From positions 96,660,001 to 96,724,000 of the forward strand of contig NC_045697.1 in assembly GCF_009834535.1 (NCBI RefSeq): a stretch of 64,000 nt of DNA, in the 5' to 3' direction. The notes below the pieces were generated by a model. The model was not told the DNA's origin. It ran no database searches and was given only the letters and a program-made list of their open reading frames with translations. The stretch is from Camelus ferus. Lineage: Eukaryota. The position numbers and the translations under genes were made by a program. Below, in pieces: positions 52,542 to 64,000 of the stretch (position 1 is its first letter; each line of letters starts with the position of its first letter).

Positions 52542-54899
52542 AAAATCAACCTATCCTTAACTTTTTCCCTCTCATCATGAAAGGCTTTTAGAAGTGAAAT
52601 GGTATTTATTTCACTTTATTTTATAATTACGAGTCTCACATTACGAGAGGCCAAAGTCTAAGGTTTAATTATTTTAAAATGTACCATAAGTTCTTAATAA
52701 AAAGTTTTCCCTTACTAGGAGCTAAATAGTTTGTAATTTGAAAATACATTATTTCATTTATTTATTCACTACATTTTTCTTAAGCACTTTAAATTCAGTC
52801 ATAATGTAAAATTTCCATGTACTTTAAAGTAAAAAATTCACTATCTGGAAACACGTTTTATAAGGACCATTTAAAATATTCTGCATAAATATAACATTAG
52901 AGAAAGTAAAATATTTTAATTGCATTGTTTTTACTTAAACCAAAATTATTATGTAATTTTGCTTCCTGAAGAAATTTTCAATAGATATTTCATTGTTCTA
53001 AGTGAACTTGAACCATACTATTTAGTAGAAAGAATTAAGAATGGATCTTTCCCACAGCAAACCCTCCAATGAAGTAATAATTATCTGATTTTTTCCCTCT
53101 ATTTCTTAAAAGATATCTACATTGAGTATGTGAACCAAAACAATTTTGCACACTTCCTGAAGTGATACTCCTTCTTGAAGCCGTTTTCCAACTCATTAAA
53201 TAAAGCACATCTTTTCCCTTCTAGACAGAAAGTTTTTTTATGTGATTTCTAACGTGATTTCTAACTAGTGATATTATTTTGACAAAAAGCAGGCACAACT
53301 CCTCTGTCTTCTTATTGCAGCATTTAAAAATAACAATTTATTTCACATATTATCTATGTGATTACTCTGTATTTAATCCTTTAATGCTCTTCTTTTTCCA
53401 AATTTCCAACTTCATTGTCATTTATTCACACATCTAATTCACCACTCTCTTCTTGAATTTATTTTTTTATTTAATGGCCAGAATATCATGTTTCTGTTCT
53501 CATTGTGTCTATATCTGTTGCATCCAGCTCATTTCATTGTCCCACTAAAACCTGACAACCTTTCCTTACAGTATAACACTCAATATTCATGTCCCAAATT
53601 TTTATTCTGTTTTCTTCCAGAACATGTACTCCTTCATAATGATATTGAAAGATTCATGCCATCAGTGACAGCTGCTGAAATTAAATTAACAAGTAGATGT
53701 CTTCATAATTATACTCTACAATACGTTATAAAATGACTGTAAGAGAAATTATATTGTCTCTTTGTTATGTTATGTGAAAACTTTTTTTAACTTAAAGGTC
53801 ATTGTTATTTGACATTTGAATATTCTGCTGTGCCACAAATATTTTTAAAAGTCAAGCTTATACCACTCAATTGTATCCTGAATATAATTTAATTCAAGTG
53901 AATAAAATTAAGTAATATAATAGGACAGTGTTTCACATTTTTAGTATTCATTCAATTACTAAGGTATCCTCATTTGCTTTATCTGTAAAGAACGAACGAT
54001 TTTGCCTATCTGAGATGTCTATGTAACTTGAAACAGAGTTTCTGCCACCATTTTATAATAAAGTGAATTTGGGTCTCTCAGTCTTAAATGCAACTTCACA
54101 GGCTTCAGTTTATTAACTGTCAGAGTTTGTACTTTATTCCTTGTTCCCCACTGTGTAATATGCAAGTATCACGTTAATGCAGACGTCCTATCTATCCAAT
54201 TCTAGAATCTAATCTCAGAGGACCCAAAAGGACTGGAAACTAATGTAGAAAGATGGATGGATAGATAGTTTTAATATAGATATAGTTCTCTAAAAATCAT
54301 AATTGTCTTACAATATATTTTCAATGTTCAAGACTCAATTTAGACATCTGGTTTTGACTAGGTAGCAAACTAGCATAAGGCAAGGATAAATATTTCTGAC
54401 ATAATTGAGAAGGGTTTTGCTAATGTACATTTGGAAATCATAAGGACTTCACTTGGTTAGTTCAATTGTGGTTAATAAAAATTTGCATCTTGTTCATTAT
54501 ATGACTGGCACTGTGAGAAGCTCTGGACTCTACCCTCAAGTTGCCGAGTTAAGGTCGAGATGACACCAAAATATCAATAGCATACCATAATATTGTTGGT
54601 AACTGCTGTAATTACAGAATCCCTCCAATGGGCATTTAGAACAAATTGGAGTTTAAATGAAGCTTTTGGAAATACATACTCTTTAATCAGCATTACTAAC
54701 TCTTTATGCTCTCCTGCTCCCTTTCTCTGACAACAGCTAGCACTGCACCCAAGACCTAAAATATTTTTTTTAACAATTCAGGTAATTGCTTCATCATAGG
54801 GTAGAGATGTGTTAATAAGTGTCATTCAGTTTGTAAGTACTGAATCAAGATGTCTACATAAATCCATAAGTAAGAGTATGAGGTGAGGAATTAAGGTCA

Positions 54900-55080
54900 C
54901 CTTGATTTGTAAACTGGCTTCCCTATTTTTTGCCCTCAGTTTCCTCACCTGTAAAGTGATTGACAAAATGGCAATAGGCCCCATACCTTAATTGTGAGAC
55001 TTCTATGCAGTAATGTGTATAAAGTACCAAGTACAATGCTGGATGCCTAATATACAGGCAAGGAATTGTTATCATTATTA
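54900..55080 (+). mobile_element. MIR SINE
   Basis: ccctcagtttcctcacctgtaaagtg core. Confidence 0.8.
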
Positions 55081-56012
55081 GCTTTTCTATGCTGATTGTC
55101 CCCTTCCTAGTCCTTTAAAAATGAAAGAACTCTGATTTCTTACTGATAAGTCAGTAAGAAAAAAGAAATTAGTGTAACTTGGCTTCAGAAATTAATAAGA
55201 CAGCAATTTTATCGTGCTCATTTATGTTCTAATTTAAGCACAAATACTTAAGAATAAAGTTACTTTTACACAAGAGTATGTCCAGAATATGTTTCGATTG
55301 CCCAATAAGAATTATTACCCCTTCAAAATTACTAACCATTAATATAATGTAGTAATTCAAATATTCACAAAAAACTGATTTGATAGTACATAAATTCCTC
55401 TTATGTATTAGAAAATACATTTTTTTCTTTTAGTAGAATCTAAATGTAAAAATTACCTATCAGTTTGAAGTACAATGAATAATTCCAGCAGGGAATAAAT
55501 GCCACTTATAAAGGCATAATAAATAGAAATAAACCCTATATTTAACCATAACAATACACATTTTTCTCAACAGATGTTATTTTTTTTTGAAGGTGAATAC
55601 ATCAGAAAACAGAGTACTTGAAAATTATTACATACAATTAATAATTTCTTTGAAGCCATATGATAATTGGGGCAAATGTGATGACTTTTTTCTAAATTAT
55701 TTCTATAAATACATCATCTTCCACCTAATTTTTTTAGTGTATATTACTATCCATAATTTTTACATCGTATTTTTGAACATTCGTCTTATATTCAGTGAAG
55801 TTAAAAACATGTTTAAACTGTTAGTAAGTACATATAAGGGTCTTACAGTATGGCTTTTAGGGAGATTATCTCCAAAGTTATAACAAACAATCCATATTTA
55901 GATTTCTATTGCCAATTCCAAATTTATATTAATTTCTGCTGACTTTTTAATGAAGTTTTTATGAAAGAGAAAGCCTAATAGACAACATATTGTTGCTTCC
56001 ATTTCTCTAGAC

Positions 56013-56221
56013 CATTGCTCTGCAAGAGAACATTCTACCATGATAGAAATACTATAAATCATCGCTTTCCAGGACAGTATCCACTAGCAACATGTGGCTA
56101 CTCAGCACTTGGTATATGGCTACTGCAACTACAGAACTGAATTTTTAATCATATTTAATTCCAATTAATTTAAATTTAAATTATCACATATAACTGGCTT
56201 CTAATGCATTGGACAGTGCAA
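56013..56221 (+). mobile_element. MER3-like hAT-Charlie MITE
   Basis: ccactagcaacatgtggctactcagcacttg...aattaatttaaatttaaat...attggacagtgca. Confidence 0.85.
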
Positions 56222-56339
56222 TTGGAGGTAATTACTGTATAATAATAAAATACGTATTTAGTTCCTCAACTCTTCTGTTCTTCTTTATCCTCAAAACAAG
56301 ACACAGACTTTGGCAGGGAAAATGTAACACTCAGATCTC

Positions 56340-56812
56340 CTTCTCCGAGGATCTTAAAAGAAAAATCAACCAACAGCCCGAGGTACTGCTGCTGCAGGGA
56401 GCATAACTGATGATGCACCAGGTGCTGTGTTCTGAATCCACCACCAGGTTGTGCTGAGCCCACTCTTTCCAAACACTGCTCCCAGTCAATTAATGTTCAT
56501 AGCAAGGATACTGGGGCAGGTCCATACCTGCAGGATGCAGGATGCCTCTGAAGGGTGACTTTGGCTTGAGGAGACAACTTTGGCCTGGCAGAAAACTTCT
56601 TAGAGCTATGCTACTGTTTGAGACTCTGTCCATCAACTGTCCTTTATTTCATCTTCCCTTCACAGTAGTCAGACCTCTATCTTAGTCTTATGGTTCTTTC
56701 CAAAAATTCCAACTGCCTCTCTTCTTTCCTTCCCAGGCATTTCCCCCTAGAAAGGTCTTACACATTTAATCCCATCTTGGCAAATGCTACTCAGAAGACC
56801 TGAACTAACACA
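56340..56812 (+). mobile_element. LTR16-type ERVL LTR
   Basis: 3' end caggcatttccccc...taatcccatcttggcaaatgctactcagaagacctgaactaacaca. Confidence 0.8.
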
Positions 56813-57157
56813 CAGGATTTTGCCATTTTTTATAAAATATTTTAGGATGATTTTTCAGGGTTAAAGGGTAGTCAACAAATCTCCACAGAAAAATAGATAG
56901 TGGGTAACATGTAATGAATGAATAGGAGTTAAAATAATTTAAATGTTTTTAAAACAATAGTGTACTATTCCCTTCTAGGATGAGACATCTAATCTGCACT
57001 GGATTTTTTTTTTTTTTTTTGCCATTTTTCCCCTTGTGAATTTCTCTCTCTAGGTTATGATTGCATGTTAGATATGATAAAGGCTTGATGACCGGTTCAA
57101 ACAAAAATAAGTTTCTACTTTAGCTCAGTTGAAAAATATGCATATATACTTCTGGAC

Positions 57158-57367
57158 CAGTGATTCTTAACCAGAGTGATTATATCCCTCAAGGGATATT
57201 TACCAACATTTGGAAACATTTTAGGTTGTCATTACTGAAGTGATGCTACTGGCATCTATTGGGTAGAGGTTAGGGATCCTACAAAACATCCTATAATGAA
57301 CAGGACAGGTTCCCCACAAAGAATTCCCAACCCAATATGACATTAGTGCCAAAGTGGAGAAACCATG
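57158..57367 (+). mobile_element. MER20-like hAT-Charlie MITE
   Basis: Termini cagtgattcttaacc...gagaaaccatg; internal gctactggcatctattgggtagagg; flanks ttctggac / atctagaa resemble the NTCTAGAN target. Confidence 0.9.
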
Positions 57368-58084
57368 ATCTAGAATAAGTTTACTAAGTTTGTGTATGTC
57401 TGAACAATCCTCTCAGACTGTGTTCATGTATTTGAAAGCTGTTTCTGGCACAAAATATAACTAGTCCTACACACACACAAAAGTGATATCCTTCTTAATA
57501 ACACAGTTTCCCTAGTGTTTGGTTAATTTTGTGCCACATTGAATTGACATATCCCAACACAATTCAATCAAATCTTTTGGCATCTGAGAATGGTATTTGT
57601 TAAGTCAATGGCTGGTACTTTATCTTTAATTATTATAGTTATTTTCTTTCACTCAAGAATCATGTGCTACACAACTACAACAAGTTAGATATAAGGCCAA
57701 ACATGATTCATTTTCTAATTCTTTGGCAGTTAACACACAGTGAAGAAGACAAGTAAATAATAAGATTATAATATTGCTAACTATAGTAATTCATAGAAAA
57801 GACATCTAACTCAGAAAGGAAGAGAAATGCAGTAACAGTTTCTGGAGTGAAGTATCAGCAATAGATTTCCAAAATAAAGTGTGTTATGGAAACATTTAGA
57901 ATTTAGCCTCTTGTTGATAGTGGGATTACAATACAGATAAAGGGCATACCATATGAGAAGAAATATAAGCCAAATTAATCATCATATTCAGATAACTGTA
58001 AATTGATATAATTAATGAAGAAAAATACATTTGGGTGATAAAAAAGATGAGGTTACTACAAATGTGAGGGAATGACTATGAAAG

Positions 58085-58680
58085 GTCTATCAGGCCAATA
58101 CTCCTGGTACAGAAGATGGAATTGCAGGAGTGGGCTTATTGACAGCAATCATAATCATAGAAATTGATAAAAAATAAAAATCTTTGATAGTCAGAGGAAG
58201 CCAAATATTTCAATGTATAGTAAAACCAGAGAGGCAGCCAAGAGAGGCTTGACCTGCAAAAAGATATGGAGAAGGTTAACATAGCACGATGACATTAGGG
58301 ACAAATTAGATAGGTATCCAACAAAAACGTTTACTCTGCACAATCAAAGGAAATTAAGAATAGATCCTCAGGAGATTGAAATAAGTTATCAAAACATAAG
58401 TCATGATTTCTTCCCAGGTTTCCAGATAATACCCAGTGTGGGACCTGGAAGCCTCTGCCTAAAAGTGAGGTCAACTCCCTGGGGCCTTGGCCTGAGAGGT
58501 AAGAGAAATCATAGTGTAGAAGGCTAAATGGAAGCCTCTGACAGTGATGTTCCTTGGATGAATTCATAAATAAAAAATAATATTGCATCTTGGGATGAAT
58601 GGAAAAAATTAGGAATATCCCTATAAATCCAAAGAATGCAGAATGGTGATTCCCTGCCATTCATTTCACTAGTCTGACCC
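58085..58680 (+). mobile_element. ERVL internal fragment (gag end to pol start, ERV3-16A3-like)
   Basis: ggcagccaagagaggcttgacctgcaaaaagatatggagaaggttaacatagcac...aaattagataggtatccaaca. Confidence 0.6.
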
Positions 58681-58694
58681 ATGAAAAAACAAAG

Positions 58695-58868
58695 CAGAGG
58701 AAGCAAGCTGTCTGGTGTCTTTTCTTATAAGGGCCCTAATCCTATTACAAGGTCTCATGACCCTAACTAAACCTAATTATCTCCCAAAGGCCCCATCTCC
58801 AAACATTGGATGTTATGGCTTCAACATATGAATTAAGGTGGAGGGGAGGGACACAATTCTTTCCATAG

Positions 58869-58870
<2 letters not shown>
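58695..58870 (-). mobile_element. MLT1A-like MaLR LTR 5' part
   Basis: tcttataagggccctaatcct...ctaattatctcccaaaggccccatctccaaa...ttcaacatatgaatt...gggacacaattc. Confidence 0.85.
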
Positions 58871-58871
<1 letters not shown>

Positions 58872-58909
<38 letters not shown>

Positions 58910-58915
58910 TGTGCA
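58872..58915. repeat. (TG)n microsatellite
   Basis: Directly visible. Confidence 0.97.
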
Positions 58916-58992
58916 CACATATACAGGAAAGAAAATTCTTCCTATGAGGAATACTTTGGCTCTCTATTTGAGCTGAACAAATAAGAATCTAT

Positions 58993-61900
58993 AGAGGATG
59001 TGGCCAAGACTGTAGAGCAGAAAGAACCTGAACTCACCTCCTCCTACAGACACACTAAAATTACAACTATTTACAGAGCAGCTATCTATGAGAATGACTT
59101 TAAAACTAGCAAAAGAGATTTTCTACAACTAAAGATACACAGAAGGAACTGAAAAAAGCTGAGTAGAAGAGGTGGAGACACAGACCCACGCTAGTCAAGA
59201 CCCACACTCCCCGGTAAGTGACACACTAAAAGGACTATAATCACCATTGCAGAGGCTCTCTCCAAGAAGAGAGGGCTTGGCCCCCTCACATTGGGGTCCC
59301 TCTGGCCAGGGGGTCCTACACTAGGAAGGCATGCCACCAAAACATCTGGCACTGAAGGCCAGAGAAGCTTGCATATGGGAAAGCCAGGGGGCTGTAGGAA
59401 ACAGAGATTTCACTCTTAAAGGGTGCATGTGTAGGTGGTAATTTGAAGGGCTCAGGGTTCTGACCCAATTGCTGGTCTTGGAGAGTCTCCTGGAGAAGCA
59501 GTAGGCAACCGAATCTCCCTCTGGGGACAGAGATGCTGATGGCACCCATTTTGGGAAGCTATATCTACCAAAATACTGGTGCTGGCAAGTGCCATTATGG
59601 AGTCCTCCCATTAGCTATTTGCATCAAGAGCTTACCTGCCCACCAAAGGACCAGCACCAGCCCTGGGACCCACATGGGCCCCATAGCCAGCAGCCACAGG
59701 ACCTGGTCCCACTAAACAGAGGGCCTGCATCAACCTCAGGACCTTCTTGGCTTTGCAGCCAGCTGCTCCAGAGCCAGGCCCCACTCACCAGTGGGTCAAC
59801 AGCCATTGCTCAAGGCTGGACCAGGCATCATACCAGATCAGGGGGAGAGAGTGAGCTGTTGGGACCCATAGAACATCTACATAAGGCTACTTCCCTAAGA
59901 CTAGGAAATATTACTGACCTAACTTATCAATAAAAATAAACACAGAGAACTAGACAAAATAAGGAGACAGAGGAATATGTTCCAAAAAAAGGAACAAGAA
60001 AAAATTCTCAGAAAAAGAACAAAACAAAGTGGAGATAAACAATCTATCCAAAAAAAGGTCAAGGTAATGATCATACAGATTCTCAATGAACTTGGGAGAA
60101 AACTGGATAAAAACAGTAAGAATTTTGACAAAGAATTAGAAAATATAAAGAAGAACCAAACAGCTGAAGAATACAAATTTAATAACTAAAATTAAAATTA
60201 CACTAGAAGGAATCATCAGAAGATCTGATGATACAGAGGAAAGGATCAGTGAATTGAAAGACAGTAGTAGGAATCATCACACTGAACAGAAAATAGAAAA
60301 AAACCAAAACATTTATATGAGGTTGGTTTAAGAGACCTCTGGGACATCAAGTATACTAACATTCACACTATAAGGGTCTCAGAAGGAAAAGAGAGAGAGA
60401 AAGAGACAGATCAAGAATAAGAAAAGAATGCCCACACTCACCACTTTCATTCAAAATAGTATTACAAGTCCTAGACACATAATTAGATAAGAAAAAGAAA
60501 TAAAAGGAATCCAATTGAAAAGGAAGAAGTAAAACTGTTACTGTTAGTCAGATAACATGAATCTGTACATAGAAATTCCTAAAAAGTTTCCAAAAAAAAC
60601 TATTAGAAGTAAAATATGAATTCAGTAATGTTGCAGGATACAAAATTAATATACAGAAATCTGTTGCATTTCTGAACACTAATAACAAACTATTAGGAAG
60701 AGAATTAAGAAAACAATCCCATTTACAATTACATCAAAAATAATAAAATACTAGAAATAAATCTAACCAAAGAGATAAAAGACCTGGACTCAGGAAACTG
60801 TAATAAGACACTGATGAAAGAAATTGAAGATGACACAAACAAGTGAAAAGATATATATACTATGCAGGGATTGGAAGAATTAATATTGTTAAAATGACCA
60901 TACTACCTGAAGCAATCTATAGATTTAGTGTGATCCCTATCAAAATACCAATGGCATTTTTCATAGAACTAGAACAAATAATTCTAACATTTGTGTAGAA
61001 ACATAGCAGATCCCAAATAGCCCCATTATCTTGAGAAAGAACAAAGCTGCAGGTATCATACTCTCTGATTTTACTATATTCCAAAGTTAAGTAATCAAAA
61101 CAGTATGGTACTAGCACAAAAACAGACACATAGATCAACAGAACAGAGTAGAGAACCTTGAAATAAACCCACACTTATTTGGTCAACTGATCTATGACAA
61201 AGGAGGAAAGAATATACAATGCAGACGAGACAGCCTTTTTAATAAAAAGTATTGGAAAAACTGGTCAGCTACATGCAAAAGAATCAATCTGGACTACTTT
61301 CTCATACCATGTAAACTCAAAATGGATTAAAGACTTAAATGTAAGGCATGAAACCATTAGATGAAAACAGAGGCAGTATGTTCATTGACAGCAGTCTTAG
61401 AAATATTTTTTTGGATATGTCTACCTAGGCAAGGGAAACAGGTGCAGAAATAAACCAATGGGATTACATGAAAGTAAAAAGCTTTTGAACAGCAAAGGAA
61501 ACTATCAACAAATGAAAAGGCAGCCAATCAAATGGGAAAAGATATTTGCAAATAATATAGCCAGTAAGGGGTTAATAGCCAATATATACAAAGAAGTCAT
61601 ACAACTCAACATTGTAAAAACAAATTGCCCAATTAAAAAATGGGGAGAGGACTTGAATAGACATTTTTCTCAAGAACATTTACACATGGCCAACAGGCAC
61701 ATGAAAAGACACCTTTCTGATCACTAATCATAAGAGAAATGCAAATTAAAATTTATTAGATACAAGCCCACATCTATCAGAATGGCTATCATCAAAAAGA
61801 TGACAAATAACAAATGTTGGTGAGGATGTGGAGAAAAGAGAAACTCATGCATTGTTGGTGGAAATGTAATCAGTGCAGCCTCTATGGAAAACAGTATGTA

Positions 61901-62111
61901 GGTTCTTCAAAAAATTAAAAATAGAACTACCGTACAATCCAGCAATTCCACTTCTCAGCATTTATCCAAAAAAAAAACCCCAAAACACTCATCTGAAAAG
62001 ATATATGCATTCCAATGTTTATTGTAGCATAATTTACAATAGCCAAGATATGAAAGCAACCCCAGTATCCATGGTTAGATGAATGGATAAAGAAGATGCG
62101 GTGTGTACACA

Positions 62112-62166
<55 letters not shown>

Positions 62167-62630
62167 GAATATTACTCAGCCATTAAAAATGAAATCTTGT
62201 CATTGTGACAACATGGATGGATCTAGAGGGTATTATGCTAAGTTAATTATACAAGAAAAGACAAATACCACATGATCTAACTTATATGTGAAATCTAAGA
62301 AACAAAACAAAGAAAACAAAATGAAAACAAATTCATGGATACAGAGAATACACTGGTAGTTGCCAGAATGGAGGGGTTTGAGGAGGGTAGGTGAAATAAG
62401 TGACAGAGATTAAGAGGTAGAAACCTACAGTAATAATAATAAATAAGTCACGGGTATATATACACAGCATAAGGAATATGGTCAATAGTAATGTAGTAAG
62501 TTTGCATGAGACAGATGTTTACTAGATTTATCATGATGATCATTTCATAATATATGCAAATGTCAAACCATTATGTAGTACACCTGAAACTAACATAATA
62601 CTGTACACCAACTATATTTCTATTTAAAAA
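58993..62630 (+). mobile_element. Internally deleted L1 (5'UTR, half of ORF1, 3' half of ORF2, 3'UTR), about 3.6 kb; element C
   Basis: The 5'UTR is homologous to that of element A. ORF1 remnant at about 59960-60408, junction at about 60408-60410 into agatcaagaataagaaaagaatgcccacactcacca. The 3'UTR ends at about 62630. TSD not clearly resolvable. Confidence 0.92.
62107..62164. repeat. (CA)n microsatellite inside the L1
   Basis: Directly visible. Confidence 0.97.
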
Positions 62631-64000
62631 TAAACTATGTACACATTAGCTAAAAACAAGATTATATCTTTGTCCAAGTATTCCAGTATATTGTAGGAAA
62701 TAGCAACACAACCTTGCTGGTTTTTGCCTCCCAGGGTCAGTATAAAAAGCATTGTTAAATGGAGAAACCCCTCTAGAGGGCCAGTCGCTGCCTGATAGCA
62801 CTGCTACCCAGAGGGAGGGGCCTGCTAACCACTGCAGCTGCCTTGGCTTACTAAAGCTAAGGTTAGGATACTGAGACTGGCCTGAGGGGAAAAGTGTCAT
62901 CTGTTCTCTGTAAATTTTTTGGCTTTGATTCAGTCAGCAGCTTTTTAAATGCCAGCATACTGTGGCTTTAAGGTTTAATTAAGGGATTAACATAACAAAT
63001 CCAGGAAAAAGATAACCATATTACATGGCTTTGGGTTTACCAGTAGAACATAAAAATATTTAAGACAATTTGATTTTCTGCCTTTGGTAATATTTTTTCC
63101 AGATATAAGCTAAATCATGCACACAAAAACCAGTGAGCAGAGAACAGGCTTAACCATATGTTCAGTACAGAAACTACCAGAACATGTATAAACTTGTGTT
63201 GCTCAATACTATTAATTTTTAGTAATCACAAAAATGTACTAAATCACTAAATGTAGTAAATACTAATAAATGTGTTTCCTTCTAGTTGGTTTAGCAAAGA
63301 ATTTTCAGGCATGTAAAGAAGCTAAAAACTCTGTTATTAAAGTTTTATGTTTTTAACAAAATTTATTCCCATTATCTTATATTAGTATTATAAATACATA
63401 GCGGAAATGTAGTAAAGCAATGTCTGTTGCTGTCAGCATAAATGGCTAAAGGCTTCTTCAGGAGCAAACTTGTCTGTTAGGTCAAAGTGCTTTTGCAACT
63501 CACAGATGAGTTTCACAGTGCAGTATACTATCCAGGGTCTTTAACAGATAAGCGAGCCACATACCAGGAGGTGATCTAAGTTTGGGGGCATATATCCTTC
63601 TCATCTCAATCCTAGATCTTCTCAACCAGTGTCTCATATAGTACTGCAATAGATTTGTGATAGAGGCAAAGGTAAAATTGTACCTTTTCTAACTTTATTT
63701 TATTTGGTTCAAATACAAGCAGGTTTTCATGGATTCCACTTTATTTTATAAATAATATTATAAATGACACATGTAGCTGATTTATAGTTTTCACTCAGAA
63801 ACATAAATAATAGAGATTAGTTTTCATTTGACTATAGTTCACAGCTCATGTGCATATGGTGAAAAAGAAAATCCTTCCTATTTAACTGCGCTGCAATTTC
63901 AGAAAACAAATGCAAGACAGTGTTCTAAAAGGAGATAACCAAATAATACACAGCCTGCTCAGACCTCCCTTTCTCAAATTCATGGCCATTAAATCTGCCA

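Noticed and set aside
15340..60445. Splicing as the cause of the three L1 internal deletions
   Set aside because: Using element B as the reference, the deleted segments of A and C do not have convincing GT...AG boundaries and the junctions sit in short direct overlaps. B's own parental sequence is not in the window, so it is judged from recalled consensus only.
58975..62645. TSD for L1 element C (aagaatctat vs ataaactat)
   Set aside because: The match is too degenerate and A-rich to support.

Overview
This is an AT-rich, CpG-depleted mammalian genomic window from a gene desert or a very large intron. The L1 3'UTR types suggest a cetartiodactyl, possibly a camelid (tentative). I found no host protein-coding exon, RNA gene or CRISPR array. 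The only ORF in the track with a long intact recognisable protein is an L1 ORF2p C-terminal fragment (18336-18899). Much of the window is transposable-element sequence: ancient MIR, L2, L1M and hAT fossils; MaLR and ERVL LTRs; a decayed ERVL provirus with gag-pro-RT-RNaseH-IN remnants (42.9-46.6 kb); four ERV1-type solo LTRs at 33.2-37.7 kb, two of them nested in other LTRs; and several L1s. The most unusual pattern is that all three L1s that keep their 5'UTR (14.4-17.3, 48.6-52.5 and 59.0-62.6 kb) are short, 3-4 kb elements. Each has lost the 5' part of ORF2, including the endonuclease, at a microhomology junction, and two still have clear TSDs. Family names come from recalled consensus sequences, not a database search. 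Boundaries are approximate unless a TSD is quoted. I did not find a convincing novel biological system beyond these retroelement structures.
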